Shown here piece by piece: positions 37,380-48,471 of a stretch of DNA of 64,000 bases. The translations under genes were made by a program, and so were the position numbers. The notes under the pieces are model-generated. The model worked only from the letters and a program-made list of their open reading frames with translations, was not told the DNA's origin and did no database searches. The first letter of the stretch is position 1, and each line of letters opens with the position of its first letter. This DNA comes from Candidatus Gottesmanbacteria bacterium UBA6580 (lineage in GTDB: Bacteria > Patescibacteriota > Microgenomatia > UBA10105 > UBA927), in the NCBI GenBank assembly GCA_002433895.1, contig DJJA01000003.1:288486-352485 (forward strand), in the 5' to 3' direction.

Positions 37380-38141
37380 ATGGCATGGCAAAAAGGAGCA
37401 AAGCTTTACCGCCCTGGTTCGTCTGAACCGTTTAAAGTGAGCCGGAGCAAAATTGATTTATTCCGTGAATGCCCCCGGTGTTTTTATCTCGACCGCAGGC
37501 TAGGTGTTTCCCGGCCGAGTATGCCGGGATTTTCGCTTAATTCAGCGGTTGATCATCTTTTGAAAAAAGAATTTGACGCGTTACGGAAAAGCGGTAAGCC
37601 GCACGAGATTATGAAACGGTACGGCGTTGATGCGGTACCATTTGTGCATAAAGACCTTGATGTTTGGCGGGAAAATTTTGTTGGTAAACAGGTGCTTCAC
37701 GGACAAACGAATTTTATTGTTTTTGGGGCGGTCGATGATTTGTGGGTTAACCCCCAAGGCGAACTTATTGTCGTTGATTATAAATCCACATCGACCGATA
37801 AGGAGATATCGCTGGAGGATCAGTGGAAAGTGGCGTATAAAAAACAGCTTGAAACATACCAATGGCTTTTCCGTGAGAGCGGTTTTGCCGTGAGTAATCA
37901 AGCGTACATCGTATACGCAAACGCGGCCAAAAGTCCGGCACAGTTTGACGGCAAATTAGAATTTGAACTTACTTTACACGAGCACCGCGGTGATACAAGT
38001 TGGGTTGGTCCCATGCTGGCCGCCATGAAATCGTGTTTGGAAGATACGTCTATTCCAGATGCTTCCACGACCTGTGAGTACTGTATATATAGAAAGAAGG
38101 CGGGGACATACGAGACCACTCAGGGACAGCTTATGTTGTGA
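37380..38141 (+). CDS. Cas4-like PD-(D/E)xK nuclease with 4Fe-4S cysteines (RecB-family, DUF83-like), stand-alone
   Basis: N-terminal CPRC, VVDYKS D-(D/E)xK core, C-terminal C..C; -10 TATACT 8 nt upstream of the ATG. Confidence 0.55.
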   Translation: MAWQKGAKLYRPGSSEPFKVSRSKIDLFRECPRCFYLDRRLGVSRPSMPGFSLNSAVDHLLKKEFDALRKSGKPHEIMKRYGVDAVPFVHKDLDVWRENFVGKQVLHGQTNFIVFGAVDDLWVNPQGELIVVDYKSTSTDKEISLEDQWKVAYKKQLETYQWLFRESGFAVSNQAYIVYANAAKSPAQFDGKLEFELTLHEHRGDTSWVGPMLAAMKSCLEDTSIPDASTTCEYCIYRKKAGTYETTQGQLML

Positions 38142-38680
38142 TACACTGGAAAATACCCATGAAACAAAAACCTGTCCGCCGGAAAAAAGTGTCAGAAAAA
38201 AAGTCCTCCGTTCTGTGGCTTCCACTGCTTGGTTGGATAGCATTATGTGAAGCCGCCGGTATTGTTGGTTCATTTTTTACCGTTTCGGCAATCCCCACAT
38301 GGTATGCCACATTGGCGCGCCCATCATTTAACCCGCCAAACTGGGTATTCGGTCCGGTGTGGACAGTGCTGTATATGCTGATGGGAATATCCGCGTACCG
38401 CATATGGCGGTTGGGAGTACATAAGCCGGCAGTAAAGGCCGCGATCTCTCTGTTTCTCGTGCATCTGTTTTTTAACGCGCTCTGGTCGATATTATTTTTC
38501 GGGGCAAAAAATATTCCACTCGCGTTTGCCGATATTGCAATTATCTGGGTGACGCTGGTGTATTTGATATTCCGTTTCGAGAAATTGGATCGCGTAAGCG
38601 CATATCTGTTATTGCCGTATCTTGCCTGGGTATCGTTTGCGACCGTTTTAAACTACAACTACTGGTTGCTCAATATTTAG
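38138..38680 (+). CDS. tspO: TspO/MBR tryptophan-rich sensory protein
   Basis: PSFNPPNWVFGPVWTVLY, LLLPYLAWVSFA; GTG 38138 or ATG 38159. Confidence 0.85.
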   Translation: MIHWKIPMKQKPVRRKKVSEKKSSVLWLPLLGWIALCEAAGIVGSFFTVSAIPTWYATLARPSFNPPNWVFGPVWTVLYMLMGISAYRIWRLGVHKPAVKAAISLFLVHLFFNALWSILFFGAKNIPLAFADIAIIWVTLVYLIFRFEKLDRVSAYLLLPYLAWVSFATVLNYNYWLLNI

Positions 38681-38685
38681 GAAAT

Positions 38686-39102
38686 TTATATCCACAGAGT
38701 GAGCACTGTGCTCATAGCGAGCATTGATGCCAGTTGATATCCGCTGTTAATTAAGAATAGTTTGACCGGCATTTCGTTAAATAGTACGCCGGTAAACAAT
38801 GCCGTCGCGGTAAACCCAAGCCATCCCAAAAATCCGACCAACAGTCCTTCATTTAAGGTATAAGTCAGCGTGGACGAGATAAATTGTGATAGGACAAATG
38901 CGGTGACGAGTGTGGCAACAAACGATAATCCGTATGTTTTTGGCATGTCTTTTTGCGCGGCTTTCATTTTTTTCGCGTCGAGACGCATCAACTTCATCCA
39001 TGGTTTTCCGAAAAGTACAGGGGAATACCAGATAAATCCGATAACCATACTGGCAAGGGCGGATGAGAGTAGCGCAGGGATATTAACGGGTGTGTAAAAC
39101 AT
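38686..39102 (-). CDS. DUF1761-family membrane protein
   Basis: 4-TM pattern. Confidence 0.4.
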   Translation of the reverse strand: MFYTPVNIPALLSSALASMVIGFIWYSPVLFGKPWMKLMRLDAKKMKAAQKDMPKTYGLSFVATLVTAFVLSQFISSTLTYTLNEGLLVGFLGWLGFTATALFTGVLFNEMPVKLFLINSGYQLASMLAMSTVLTLWI

Positions 39103-39176
39103 ATATTATTCCTTTCTTTCAGTATTAAGTATCATATGCCCCGTGATGCAAGTCAATATAGGTTGCTGTTACGTGC

Positions 39177-39204
39177 TTGACAAATAGTTTTTGCGGGTTA
39201 TAAT
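39177..39204 (+). promoter_or_regulatory. Near-consensus sigma70 promoter for rpoBC: TTGACA, 16 bp spacer, TATAAT
   Basis: read directly; about 100-nt leader follows. Confidence 0.6.
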
Positions 39205-39230
39205 TATGGATACTTGAATAGCCTAAGGAG

Positions 39231-39257
39231 GCGAACGTTCATTGTTCGCTTCTTTTT
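39231..39257 (+). promoter_or_regulatory. Leader hairpin GCGAAC-7nt-GTTCGC followed by TTCTTTTT in the rpoB 5-prime UTR (attenuator candidate)
   Basis: read directly. Confidence 0.35.
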
Positions 39258-39305
39258 GTCGTTCTTTACAACATACAAACCGGCAGTATTTATTGTAATC
39301 ACGTA

Positions 39306-42300
39306 ATGGCATCAAAACCTTCAATTTATAAGCGACAATTCTGGGGTACAGAGTACCCAGATTTACCCAAACTCGATCTTACGCTGGTGCAGCGCGAATC
39401 ATATCAATGGTTTTTGGAACATGGGATTAAAGAATTACTTTCCGAAGTGACCCCGATGACGGACTTCACCGGCAAAAATTGGGAACTCGGATTTGGCGAT
39501 TATTATTTCGGGCGCCCGCGGCTTACCCCGGAAATCGCAATGCAAAAAGGCCTCACCTTCGACATGCCTCTGAAAGTAAAAGCAACTCTCACCAACAAGC
39601 AAACCGGACACCAACTCACCCAGGAAGTATTTTTGGGCGATATCCCTGCGATGACCGAACGCGGCACATTTGTGATTAACGGTATCGAACGGTGTGTAGT
39701 AAACCAGCTGGTCCGTTCCCCGGGAATTTATTTGACCGGCGAAGTTGACCCTTCAACCGGACGTACATTATATAGTGCGGAAATCCGCCCGATGCATGGC
39801 AGCTGGCTTGAGTTCTTTATCACGAGAAATGATGTATTGATGGTCAGGATCGACCGCCGCCGCAAATTTGTGGCATCCACATTTCTCCGCGCGGTCGGAT
39901 TTTCTTCCAACGAAGAGATTGAGCGCGTGTTAGCAGATGTGGATATCAATCCCGAACATCAATTTACCAAAGCAACACTCGCCAAAGATCCGACTACGAA
40001 TTCCAACGAAGCCGTGCTTGAGTTGTACCGCAAGCTCCGGCCGGGAGAGCCGATTGTTTTGGATAACGCGCAGGAATTACTCCGCACCATGTTCTTTGAT
40101 TACCGCCGCTACTCATTGGAGCGGGTAGGCCGATACAAGATGAACAAAAAGCTCGGGCTCAATGTCGTCAACGTCAAAGAAAACTGGGTGCTTACCAAAG
40201 AGGACATCATTGGTGGTATTAAATACCTCATTAACCTGACAAACGGCAAAGGCGATGTCGATGATATCGACCACCTTGGTAACCGCCGCGTCCGCCGCGT
40301 AGGCGAGCTGGTCGCGACCAACGCATTCCGCGTCGGCGTGCTCCGCTTGGAGCGCTCTATCCGTGAAAAAATGAGCTTGGCAGGACCAAATGCAGAAGAT
40401 TTGACCCCGACGCATCTGGTGAATGCCCGGCCGATTATTGCTTCAATTAATGACTTTTTCCGCACCAGCCAGCTTTCTACGATATTGGATCAGACCAATC
40501 CGCTTGCGGAAATCGACAACCTCCGCCGTTTGACCGTTATGGGAGTTGGTGGAATTAGCCGGGAGCGCGCGAGTTTCTCTATCCGTGACATCAACGCTTC
40601 ACAATACGGTAGAGTAGACCCGGTCCGTTCACCGGAAGGTCCAAACATCGGTCTTGTAACCTACATGGCGTTGTATTCCCGGGTAAATGAATACGGGTTT
40701 TTGGAAACTCCGTACCGTCGGGTAGAAAAAGTGACCCAGGGCGACAAAGTGAAAGTACGCGCCACCGGAAACATCGAATATCTCGATGCCAACGATGAGA
40801 TGTATCACTACATCACCCACGCGGAATTACCCAAAGACAAAGACGGATTTATCATCGCTGAGCGTGTGCCGGTACGGTACAAAGGCGAATTTATGGAAAC
40901 TGACGCATCCAATATCGAATATATCGATATTGTGCCGAGACAGGTCGTTGGTGCCCCCGCATCACTTATTCCATTTTTGGCACACGATGAGGCAAACCGT
41001 GCATTGATGGGTACGCACATGCAATGTCAGGCAGTGCCGCTCCTTATCCCGCAATCCCCGGTCGTGGGAACAGGTATGGAAGCCGCTGTCGTAGAATCCA
41101 TGGGACGCCTCGTCCGCGCGACGGATGACGGTGAGGTTATTTACGCAGACGCAGGGCTTGTTAAAGTGAAGTATAAAAATGGTGATATCACTTCGTACGA
41201 ACCCCAGAAATTCAAGAGAACCAGCCAGTCCACCTGCTACAACCAAAAAGTACTGGTCGACACCGGCGATAAAATTCAAGCGGGCGATGTGTTAATCGAA
41301 GCTCCCGGATCTGAAAACGGTGAACTCGCATTGGGTTCCAACTTGACGATTGCTTACATGAGTTATGAAGGATTGGGATATGAAGACGCTATCGTGATTT
41401 CTACCCGCCTTGTCCGTGAAGACTTGCTTACCTCTGTGCATATTGAAGAGCATGAGTGCAGCGTGGTCGACACCAAATTGGGGCCGGAAGAAACCACCCG
41501 TGATATTCCCAATGTCGGCGAAGAAGCGCTCCGGAACTTGGATGAGAACGGTATTATCGTGGTTGGTGCAGATGTCGGGCCAAACGACATCCTGGTTGGC
41601 AAAATCGCGCCAAAAGGTGAAACTGAACTCACCGCAGAAGAGCGGTTGCTCCGCGCCATATTCGGAGAAAAGGCTCGCGAAGTCCGCGATACATCTCTGC
41701 GGCTTCCGCACGGAGAGCGCGGCACGGTCACTGATGTCGTTATTCTCGACAAAGAAAAAGGTGATGAGCTCGAGCCAGGCACAAACCGCAAGATTATCGT
41801 CAAAATTGCCCAAATGCGTAAAGTAGTGGTCGGAGACAAACTGGCCGGACGTCATGGAAACAAAGGCGTTATTTCAAAGATCGTTCCAGAAGGCGACATG
41901 CCGTACATGGATGATGGATCGGTCGTTGATATCATTATTTCGCCGCTTTCAGTGCTGTCCCGTATGAACTTGGGACAATTGCTGGAATCACACTTGGGAA
42001 TCGCAATGTCGAAAGTAAACGCAAAAGTAGCACTTCCGGTATTTGAACACGTATCTGAAGACCGCATGACCGCGCAAATGGAGAAGGTTGGATTGTCCTT
42101 GAGTGGCAAAAGTACGCTCTATGACGGAAAGACAGGCGAGCCGTATGCCGAGCCTATCGTTGTCGGAACTGGCTACATCATGAAGCTTATCCACATGGTA
42201 GAAGATAAGACGCATGCACGGTCTACCGGACCCTACTCACTCGTGACACAGCAACCATTGGGCGGAAAAGCGCAAATGGGAGGACAACGGCTTGGAGAAA

Positions 42301-42662
42301 TGGAAGTCTGGGCATTGGAATCCCACCGGGCAGCACATATATTGCAGGAAATGTTAACGATCAAATCAGACGATGTGGTTGGGCGCGCCAAGGCATTCGA
42401 GGCGATCGTCAAAGGCACGGATATCCCTGCCTCTACCGTACCGGAGTCATTCAAAGTATTGGTCAAAGAATTGCAGGCATTGGGGCTTAATGTCATCCCG
42501 ACCGGAGTTGTCACGGCTAAACCCGCGGTAATTTCCGATGCAGCCAAAGAAGAAGTGGTAACGAAAGCTGCCAAGGAGCTTGCTGAAGTAAGTGGTCAGG
42601 AATCAGTTGCTGAAGCGCCGGAAGCACCGGTAGCCGAAGCCGCGCCGGCAGAAGGAGAATAA
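39306..42662 (+). CDS. rpoB: DNA-directed RNA polymerase subunit beta
   Basis: full-length similarity; 1118 aa (reduced form). Confidence 0.97.
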   Translation: MASKPSIYKRQFWGTEYPDLPKLDLTLVQRESYQWFLEHGIKELLSEVTPMTDFTGKNWELGFGDYYFGRPRLTPEIAMQKGLTFDMPLKVKATLTNKQTGHQLTQEVFLGDIPAMTERGTFVINGIERCVVNQLVRSPGIYLTGEVDPSTGRTLYSAEIRPMHGSWLEFFITRNDVLMVRIDRRRKFVASTFLRAVGFSSNEEIERVLADVDINPEHQFTKATLAKDPTTNSNEAVLELYRKLRPGEPIVLDNAQELLRTMFFDYRRYSLERVGRYKMNKKLGLNVVNVKENWVLTKEDIIGGIKYLINLTNGKGDVDDIDHLGNRRVRRVGELVATNAFRVGVLRLERSIREKMSLAGPNAEDLTPTHLVNARPIIASINDFFRTSQLSTILDQTNPLAEIDNLRRLTVMGVGGISRERASFSIRDINASQYGRVDPVRSPEGPNIGLVTYMALYSRVNEYGFLETPYRRVEKVTQGDKVKVRATGNIEYLDANDEMYHYITHAELPKDKDGFIIAERVPVRYKGEFMETDASNIEYIDIVPRQVVGAPASLIPFLAHDEANRALMGTHMQCQAVPLLIPQSPVVGTGMEAAVVESMGRLVRATDDGEVIYADAGLVKVKYKNGDITSYEPQKFKRTSQSTCYNQKVLVDTGDKIQAGDVLIEAPGSENGELALGSNLTIAYMSYEGLGYEDAIVISTRLVREDLLTSVHIEEHECSVVDTKLGPEETTRDIPNVGEEALRNLDENGIIVVGADVGPNDILVGKIAPKGETELTAEERLLRAIFGEKAREVRDTSLRLPHGERGTVTDVVILDKEKGDELEPGTNRKIIVKIAQMRKVVVGDKLAGRHGNKGVISKIVPEGDMPYMDDGSVVDIIISPLSVLSRMNLGQLLESHLGIAMSKVNAKVALPVFEHVSEDRMTAQMEKVGLSLSGKSTLYDGKTGEPYAEPIVVGTGYIMKLIHMVEDKTHARSTGPYSLVTQQPLGGKAQMGGQRLGEMEVWALESHRAAHILQEMLTIKSDDVVGRAKAFEAIVKGTDIPASTVPESFKVLVKELQALGLNVIPTGVVTAKPAVISDAAKEEVVTKAAKELAEVSGQESVAEAPEAPVAEAAPAEGE

Positions 42663-42665
42663 GCT

Positions 42666-45600
42666 ATGGACAAAAAAGGGAATTTTTCCAACATTATTGA
42701 TTTTACCGGGCTTTTGATTAAGCTTGCTTCTCCTGACGAAGTGAAGGCGTGGAGCTACGGCGAAGTTATCAAGCCGGAAACGATCAACTACCGCACACTG
42801 AAGCCGGAAAAGGATGGATTATTTGATGAGCGCATATTCGGTCCCACCAAGGACTGGGAATGTTACTGCGGCAAATACAAGAGGATCCGGTACCGTGGCA
42901 TCGTCTGCGATAAATGCGGAGTCGAAGTTACCCAGAGCAAAGTGCGCCGCGAGCGGATGGGTCATATTACCCTTGCAACGTCTGTGGCACACGTGTGGTT
43001 TTTTAAAGGCGCTCCGAGCAAGCTTTCCTTGCTTCTGGATATTTCACCCAGAGCGCTTGAAGGCGTTATCTATTTTGCACAATACCTCGTTATCAATGTT
43101 GACGACGATGAAAAGAAAAAAGTATTGGCAGGTTTGGTCGAACAGGGTGAAAAGCGTATTGCCGAATTGACCGCGCGGGTAGATATCGAACGGGAAAAGC
43201 GCAAAAAAGAAATCGCCAAAGAAAAATCAGATGTCGCCTCCAATGTTAAGGGCAAAGAATCGCAGGATCTCGCGATTTCTGAGCTGACGCTCCGTGAGCG
43301 CCAGGAGCTTGCGACGCTTGACGACCAGGTTGCCAAAGAATCAGAAAAAATCCAACAGGTTATCGAACAGATCACCGCGATTGTTAAAAGTATCAAGCCG
43401 CGCGTGACGATCACTGAAGATGAGTATCTCCGCCTGCTTGACTACGATGCATCGTCCTTTTTGAAAGTCGGCATGGGTGCCGAAGCAGTGCTCGAAGTAG
43501 TCAAAAAGATTGATCTTGATAAACTTGCCGCAGAACTCCGTGAAGAAATTCAAAATTCTTCAGGTCAGCGCCATGTGAAGGCTACCAAGCGCCTCCGTGT
43601 CGTCGACGGTTTGCGGAAATCAAAAATAAATCCGGCGTGGATGGTGATGCACACGTTGCCGGTTATTCCGCCAGATCTTCGGCCTATGGTGCAGTTAACC
43701 GGAGGGCGTTTCGCCACCTCCGACTTAAACGACTTGTACCGCCGCGTTATCAACCGCAACAACCGTCTGAAGCACCTTATGGATCTTGGGGCTCCCGAAA
43801 TTATCCTGCGCAACGAAAAACGCATGTTGCAGGAAGCGGTTGACAGTCTTATCGATGCGACCCAACGCCCGTCTTCACGGACGGTTATCCAGCCTCTCCG
43901 GTCATTGTCAGACATGTTGCGCGGTAAGCAGGGACGGTTCCGCCAGAACTTGCTTGGAAAACGCGTTGACTATTCAGGCCGTTCTGTCATCGTCGTAGGT
44001 CCGGAACTGAAGCTCAACCAGTGCGGACTTCCGAAAGAAATGGCACTCGAGATGTTCAAGCCGTTCGTGCTCCGTGAGCTTATCGTCCGCGGTATTGCCC
44101 CGAACGTGAAGAATGCCAAAAATGTATTGGAGCGCCGGACACCGGAAGTGTACGACATCCTCGAAGAGATTACGAAGAACCATCCGGTCATGTTAAACCG
44201 CGCGCCTACCTTGCATAAGCTCGGGTTCCAGGCATTTTACCCAGTACTTATCGAAGGAGCTGCTATCCGCATCCACCCGTGTGTGTGTGCAGGTTACAAT
44301 GCAGACTTTGACGGAGACCAAATGGCCGTACACATCCCGCTTTCCGGGGCGTCACAAAAAGAAGCCATCGATCTCATGTTGCCGACCCACAACTTGTTGA
44401 AGCCCGCTGACGGATCACCCATCACCGTGCCGAACAAAGAAATGGTTATCGGATGCTACTACTTAACGACTGTTGATCCCGCTAAAGCAGGGCAGGATGA
44501 GAAGTCACTCCGTATTTTTGCAGACGGACAGGAAGCGATTTATGCCCTCCAGGCACACAAAGTCGCGCTCCGTGAGCCCGTCCGGATAATGATAAACGGT
44601 GCGTTAGTAACGACGACGGTCGGTACCTACATGTTTAACGAAGTGTTACCAGAAGGGCTCCGCTATATCAATGCACCGGTTAAAGCCGCAACGATTAAGC
44701 AGCTTATCACCAAGGCATTTGGTATGTATTCCAAAGAAGAAGTAACGAAGCTTATAGACGCTATCAAAGACATCGGTTTCTACGGAGCGACCCTCTGCGG
44801 AGGATTATCCGTATCAGTATTTGATAATAAATCTATTGCCGAAAAGAACACGATCATCGCCGAGTCTGACACGAAGGTAAAAGAAATCGATCAGAATTTC
44901 CAGATGGGATTAATCACCCTTGAGGAAAAGAAGCGGCTTTCCAACGAAGTATGGATCGAAGTTACCGAGCGTATCGCCGACCTTACATGGGAGCGGTTAA
45001 CGAGTGACAATCCGGTCAAGATGATTATCGACTCAGGAGGAGCCCGGGCTTCCAAAGACCAACTGAAACAGCTCTGTGCTATCAAAGGTTTGGTGGTTGA
45101 TCCGCTTGGAAAAATCGTGGAACTACCCACCAAGAGTAACTACCGCGAAGGACTGAATATTTTCGAATACGTTACTTCTACCCGTGGATCACGGAAAGGT
45201 TTGACCGACTCGGCACTTAAGACCGCCGATGCCGGATACCTTACCCGCCGCTTGGTCGATGTCGCGCATGACGTCATTATCAGATTGAATGACTGCGGAA
45301 CAACCGAAGGATGGACGCTATCCCGCAAAGATGGCCGCCAGGCACCGTTTGCTAACCGTATTGCCGGCCGCTACGCCGCAGAAGATGTCACAGCACCAGG
45401 AAGCAAGAAAGTTCTCGTGAAGCAAGGCGACGAGATTACTGAAGAACTCGCCCGCGAAGTAGACGCAGCAGGTGTTGAGTCAGTAGTACTGCGCTCACCG
45501 ATTGCTTGTGAGGCAAAGATTGGTATTTGTGCCACGTGCTATGGCCGCGATTACGCGACCACCAAGCCGGTAGAATTAGGCACCCCAGTCGGTGTTATGG

Positions 45601-46388
45601 CCGCGCAATCTATCGGAGAGCCGGGTACGCAGCTTACCATGCGTGTGCGTCACGCGGGAGGTATCGTCGGACTCGACGTGACTCAGGGATTGCCGCGTGT
45701 GGAAGAGTTGTTTGAAGCAAGAACACCGAGAAATCTCTCACCGGTATCTGAGATTGCAGGGAAAGCAGAGGTAACCGAAACCCCGCAAGGGTACAAAGTT
45801 GTGGTGACGAACAACACCATGAAACCGCCTGAAGAGCGTGAATATCTCGTGCCGTTGACCAGTGAAATCAACATAAAGACCGGTGATTTGATTGCCGCAG
45901 GCGACCAGCTTGGCAGCGGATATCTCGATATCAAAGAAGTACTGCAGGTACGCGGACTGTCCGGCGCCCAGCATTACCTTATTGATGAAATCCAGAAGGT
46001 ATACGAATCACAGGGTATTTCTATCCATGACAAACATTTTGAGGCTATTGTCCGCAAGATGAGTGATAAAGTGCGTATCGATACGTCAGGAGATACCATG
46101 TTATTGCCGGGAGAATTGGTCGATAAAAACCGCTTCCGCGAAGAGAATGCACGGGTGTTGGCCGAAGGTGGCGAACCGTCTACCGCACGCATTGTCATGT
46201 TGGGTATTACCCGCGCAGCGCTTTATACCGAAAGCTGGTTATCCGCTGCAAGTTTCCAGGAAACGACCAACGTATTGACCGATGCAGCGCTTGCTACCAA
46301 GGAAGACAAGTTGTTAGGACTCAAAGAAAACGTTATAATCGGACGACTTATCCCGGTTTCGGCAGAACGGGCCGCGATACAGGAGTAA
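42666..46388 (+). CDS. rpoC: DNA-directed RNA polymerase subunit beta-prime
   Basis: zinc-binding [32 protein letters not shown] active site. Confidence 0.97.
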   Translation: MDKKGNFSNIIDFTGLLIKLASPDEVKAWSYGEVIKPETINYRTLKPEKDGLFDERIFGPTKDWECYCGKYKRIRYRGIVCDKCGVEVTQSKVRRERMGHITLATSVAHVWFFKGAPSKLSLLLDISPRALEGVIYFAQYLVINVDDDEKKKVLAGLVEQGEKRIAELTARVDIEREKRKKEIAKEKSDVASNVKGKESQDLAISELTLRERQELATLDDQVAKESEKIQQVIEQITAIVKSIKPRVTITEDEYLRLLDYDASSFLKVGMGAEAVLEVVKKIDLDKLAAELREEIQNSSGQRHVKATKRLRVVDGLRKSKINPAWMVMHTLPVIPPDLRPMVQLTGGRFATSDLNDLYRRVINRNNRLKHLMDLGAPEIILRNEKRMLQEAVDSLIDATQRPSSRTVIQPLRSLSDMLRGKQGRFRQNLLGKRVDYSGRSVIVVGPELKLNQCGLPKEMALEMFKPFVLRELIVRGIAPNVKNAKNVLERRTPEVYDILEEITKNHPVMLNRAPTLHKLGFQAFYPVLIEGAAIRIHPCVCAGYNADFDGDQMAVHIPLSGASQKEAIDLMLPTHNLLKPADGSPITVPNKEMVIGCYYLTTVDPAKAGQDEKSLRIFADGQEAIYALQAHKVALREPVRIMINGALVTTTVGTYMFNEVLPEGLRYINAPVKAATIKQLITKAFGMYSKEEVTKLIDAIKDIGFYGATLCGGLSVSVFDNKSIAEKNTIIAESDTKVKEIDQNFQMGLITLEEKKRLSNEVWIEVTERIADLTWERLTSDNPVKMIIDSGGARASKDQLKQLCAIKGLVVDPLGKIVELPTKSNYREGLNIFEYVTSTRGSRKGLTDSALKTADAGYLTRRLVDVAHDVIIRLNDCGTTEGWTLSRKDGRQAPFANRIAGRYAAEDVTAPGSKKVLVKQGDEITEELAREVDAAGVESVVLRSPIACEAKIGICATCYGRDYATTKPVELGTPVGVMAAQSIGEPGTQLTMRVRHAGGIVGLDVTQGLPRVEELFEARTPRNLSPVSEIAGKAEVTETPQGYKVVVTNNTMKPPEEREYLVPLTSEINIKTGDLIAAGDQLGSGYLDIKEVLQVRGLSGAQHYLIDEIQKVYESQGISIHDKHFEAIVRKMSDKVRIDTSGDTMLLPGELVDKNRFREENARVLAEGGEPSTARIVMLGITRAALYTESWLSAASFQETTNVLTDAALATKEDKLLGLKENVIIGRLIPVSAERAAIQE

Positions 46389-46392
46389 TAGT

Positions 46393-46827
46393 ATGCCAAC
46401 AGTAAATCAATTAGTCAGACACGGACGTCATCACAAAGCCAAGAAAATCAAGGCGACGGCGCTCCGTAAATTTTTAAACAACAAAGAGGGTGTCACCAAA
46501 TCGATACCTGCTCCGTTTAAACGGGGAGTGGTGGTGTTGGTAAAAACCATGACACCGAAAAAGCCGAACTCAGCACTCCGGAAAGTGGCTCGTGTACGGC
46601 TTTCGAACAAGCAAGAGGTGACCGCGTATATTCCCGGTATCGGACATGAACTTACGGAACATGCCATCGTGTTGATCCGCGGAGGCCGCGTGCCTGATTT
46701 GCCAGGAGTAAAATACCATATTGTCCGCGGTAAGTATGATACGACCGGCGTTGTATCACGGCGTCAAGGCCGCAGCCGCTATGGCACAAAGACACAGAGT
46801 GGTCCTGCTACCGCAGCAGCATCATAA
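46393..46827 (+). CDS. rpsL: 30S ribosomal protein S12
   Basis: [24 protein letters not shown]-like, RGGRV.DLPGV.YH.VRG. Confidence 0.95.
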   Translation: MPTVNQLVRHGRHHKAKKIKATALRKFLNNKEGVTKSIPAPFKRGVVVLVKTMTPKKPNSALRKVARVRLSNKQEVTAYIPGIGHELTEHAIVLIRGGRVPDLPGVKYHIVRGKYDTTGVVSRRQGRSRYGTKTQSGPATAAAS

Positions 46828-46836
46828 TAAATACCT

Positions 46837-47310
46837 ATGAGAATTAGCAAAACATATCATAAACTACTTCCGGCAGACCCGGTGTACGGAAACCGTCTCG
46901 TTTCACGGTTTATCAACCGTGTGATGTTAAGCGGCAAAAAGACCGTAGCGCAGCAATTGGTCTATAAAGCGCTCGATATCATCAAAGAAAAAGGTGAGGA
47001 TCCGATCAAAGTATTTGAAACCGCGATAAACAACGTCGGTCCCAAGACGGAAGTAAAAGCGCGCCGCGTCGGAGGAGCCAGTTACCAGGTTCCTATGGAA
47101 GTCCGCGGTGATCGGAGAGTAGCACTCGCCATCCGCTGGATTGTCGAATTTGCCAAGAAACGGTCAAACCGTGAGTTCCACTCATACGCCGAAAAACTCG
47201 CCGTAGAACTTTTGGACGCATCCAAAAATGTCGGTGAGGCTATCAAAAAGCGAGATACGGTACACCGTATGGCTGATGCAAATAAAGCATTTGCCCACTT
47301 TAAGTGGTAA
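46837..47310 (+). CDS. rpsG: 30S ribosomal protein S7
   Basis: S7 family similarity. Confidence 0.95.
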   Translation: MRISKTYHKLLPADPVYGNRLVSRFINRVMLSGKKTVAQQLVYKALDIIKEKGEDPIKVFETAINNVGPKTEVKARRVGGASYQVPMEVRGDRRVALAIRWIVEFAKKRSNREFHSYAEKLAVELLDASKNVGEAIKKRDTVHRMADANKAFAHFKW

Positions 47311-47328
47311 ATTGCGCACGAGTACTTC

Positions 47329-47805
47329 ATGCCGGTCGAACTTGTTACCATCGAAAGAATTCCTACGATCTGGGGTGAAACTGATCCGGTACAGCGTTTT
47401 ATTTCCCGTGATTTGCAAAGTTCCTTTGATGTGCGGATGCTACGGATTGATCAGCGTATCCGGGTCGGCATACCGCTCCGGCCTAGCCGGCGGACACCAC
47501 CGGTATTTGCCGAGTGCCGTAACGACCAAGAGTTTCCGAAACTTATGAACGCCGCCGCGCCATGGTACCGCCGAGCGTGGGCTATGGGCGTGTTACACAT
47601 TGACCGCGACAGGTTGCGCACCGCAGAGTTTTGGTTTCCCGCGGGAGCTGACCGGCGTGTAGCAGACTACGTACATATGGTCTATGAACGGATATCCGCA
47701 AACGTGGTCATACCCCCGCATCACCAGATCATGGTGAACCGCAGATTACAATTTGGGTTTGTACCCGCGCAGGGGAAACTTGAACAGTATTATCCGGCAG
47801 ATTAA
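47329..47805 (+). CDS. hypothetical protein (first gene of the inserted block)
   Basis: 158-aa ORF, no competing ORF on the opposite strand. Confidence 0.4.
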   Translation: MPVELVTIERIPTIWGETDPVQRFISRDLQSSFDVRMLRIDQRIRVGIPLRPSRRTPPVFAECRNDQEFPKLMNAAAPWYRRAWAMGVLHIDRDRLRTAEFWFPAGADRRVADYVHMVYERISANVVIPPHHQIMVNRRLQFGFVPAQGKLEQYYPAD

Positions 47806-47809
47806 TGTT

Positions 47810-48418
47810 ATGAAACGGTTATCCCTTATCAGGCAACAGCTACTCGCTTCAGACCCTTCGCTTGCTGCCATCATATCCCATATAGAAACCGTATCGCTTC
47901 CTGTTTCCAAAGATCCGTTTTCGGACTTAGTGGAGGCGATTATCAACCAGCAGTTGTCCGAGAAAGCAGGCAGAACAATTTTTACGAGGTTCCGTGCGTC
48001 GTTTCCGGGTGCTAAGCTCACACCGCGGCGCATACTCGCGCGTTCTGATCAGTCATTGCGGGATGTGGGTATATCGTGGTCGAAAGTAACATACATTAAA
48101 TCACTTGCAGAGGAGGTTGAGAAAAAGCGCCTGAGGCTTGCTGATTTGGGTGCGTTGGATGATGAAGCGGTTATAACGGCGCTCACGAAAGTAAAAGGGA
48201 TAGGGAGATGGACCGCGGAAATGTTTCTGATGTTTTCGCTAGGACGCGAAGATGTGTTTTCGTACGGAGATTTGGGGTTGCGGCGCGCGATGGCAAAACT
48301 GTATAAATTCCGTGATTATCCGAGTACCAAACAGATGGAAAAGATTGTAACGAAATGGCGTCCGTACCGCACGATTGTCGCGCGGATGCTGTGGGCGTCG
48401 CTGGACGCTCCGGAATAA
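47810..48418 (+). CDS. alkA: DNA-3-methyladenine glycosylase II (AlkA-like, HhH-GPD)
   Basis: VKGIGRWTAEMFLMFSLGREDVF..GDLG HhH-GPD motif with catalytic Asp. Confidence 0.8.
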   Translation: MKRLSLIRQQLLASDPSLAAIISHIETVSLPVSKDPFSDLVEAIINQQLSEKAGRTIFTRFRASFPGAKLTPRRILARSDQSLRDVGISWSKVTYIKSLAEEVEKKRLRLADLGALDDEAVITALTKVKGIGRWTAEMFLMFSLGREDVFSYGDLGLRRAMAKLYKFRDYPSTKQMEKIVTKWRPYRTIVARMLWASLDAPE

Positions 48419-48471
48419 TCTGTTACGTCGTACCGTTTCATTTGCGGGTGAAAACACGTTACTATAGATGT

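Noticed and set aside
39479-46278. Many 60-190 aa ORFs on both strands inside rpoB and rpoC
   Set aside because: They lie entirely within, or antisense to, long conserved genes. They are frame artefacts.
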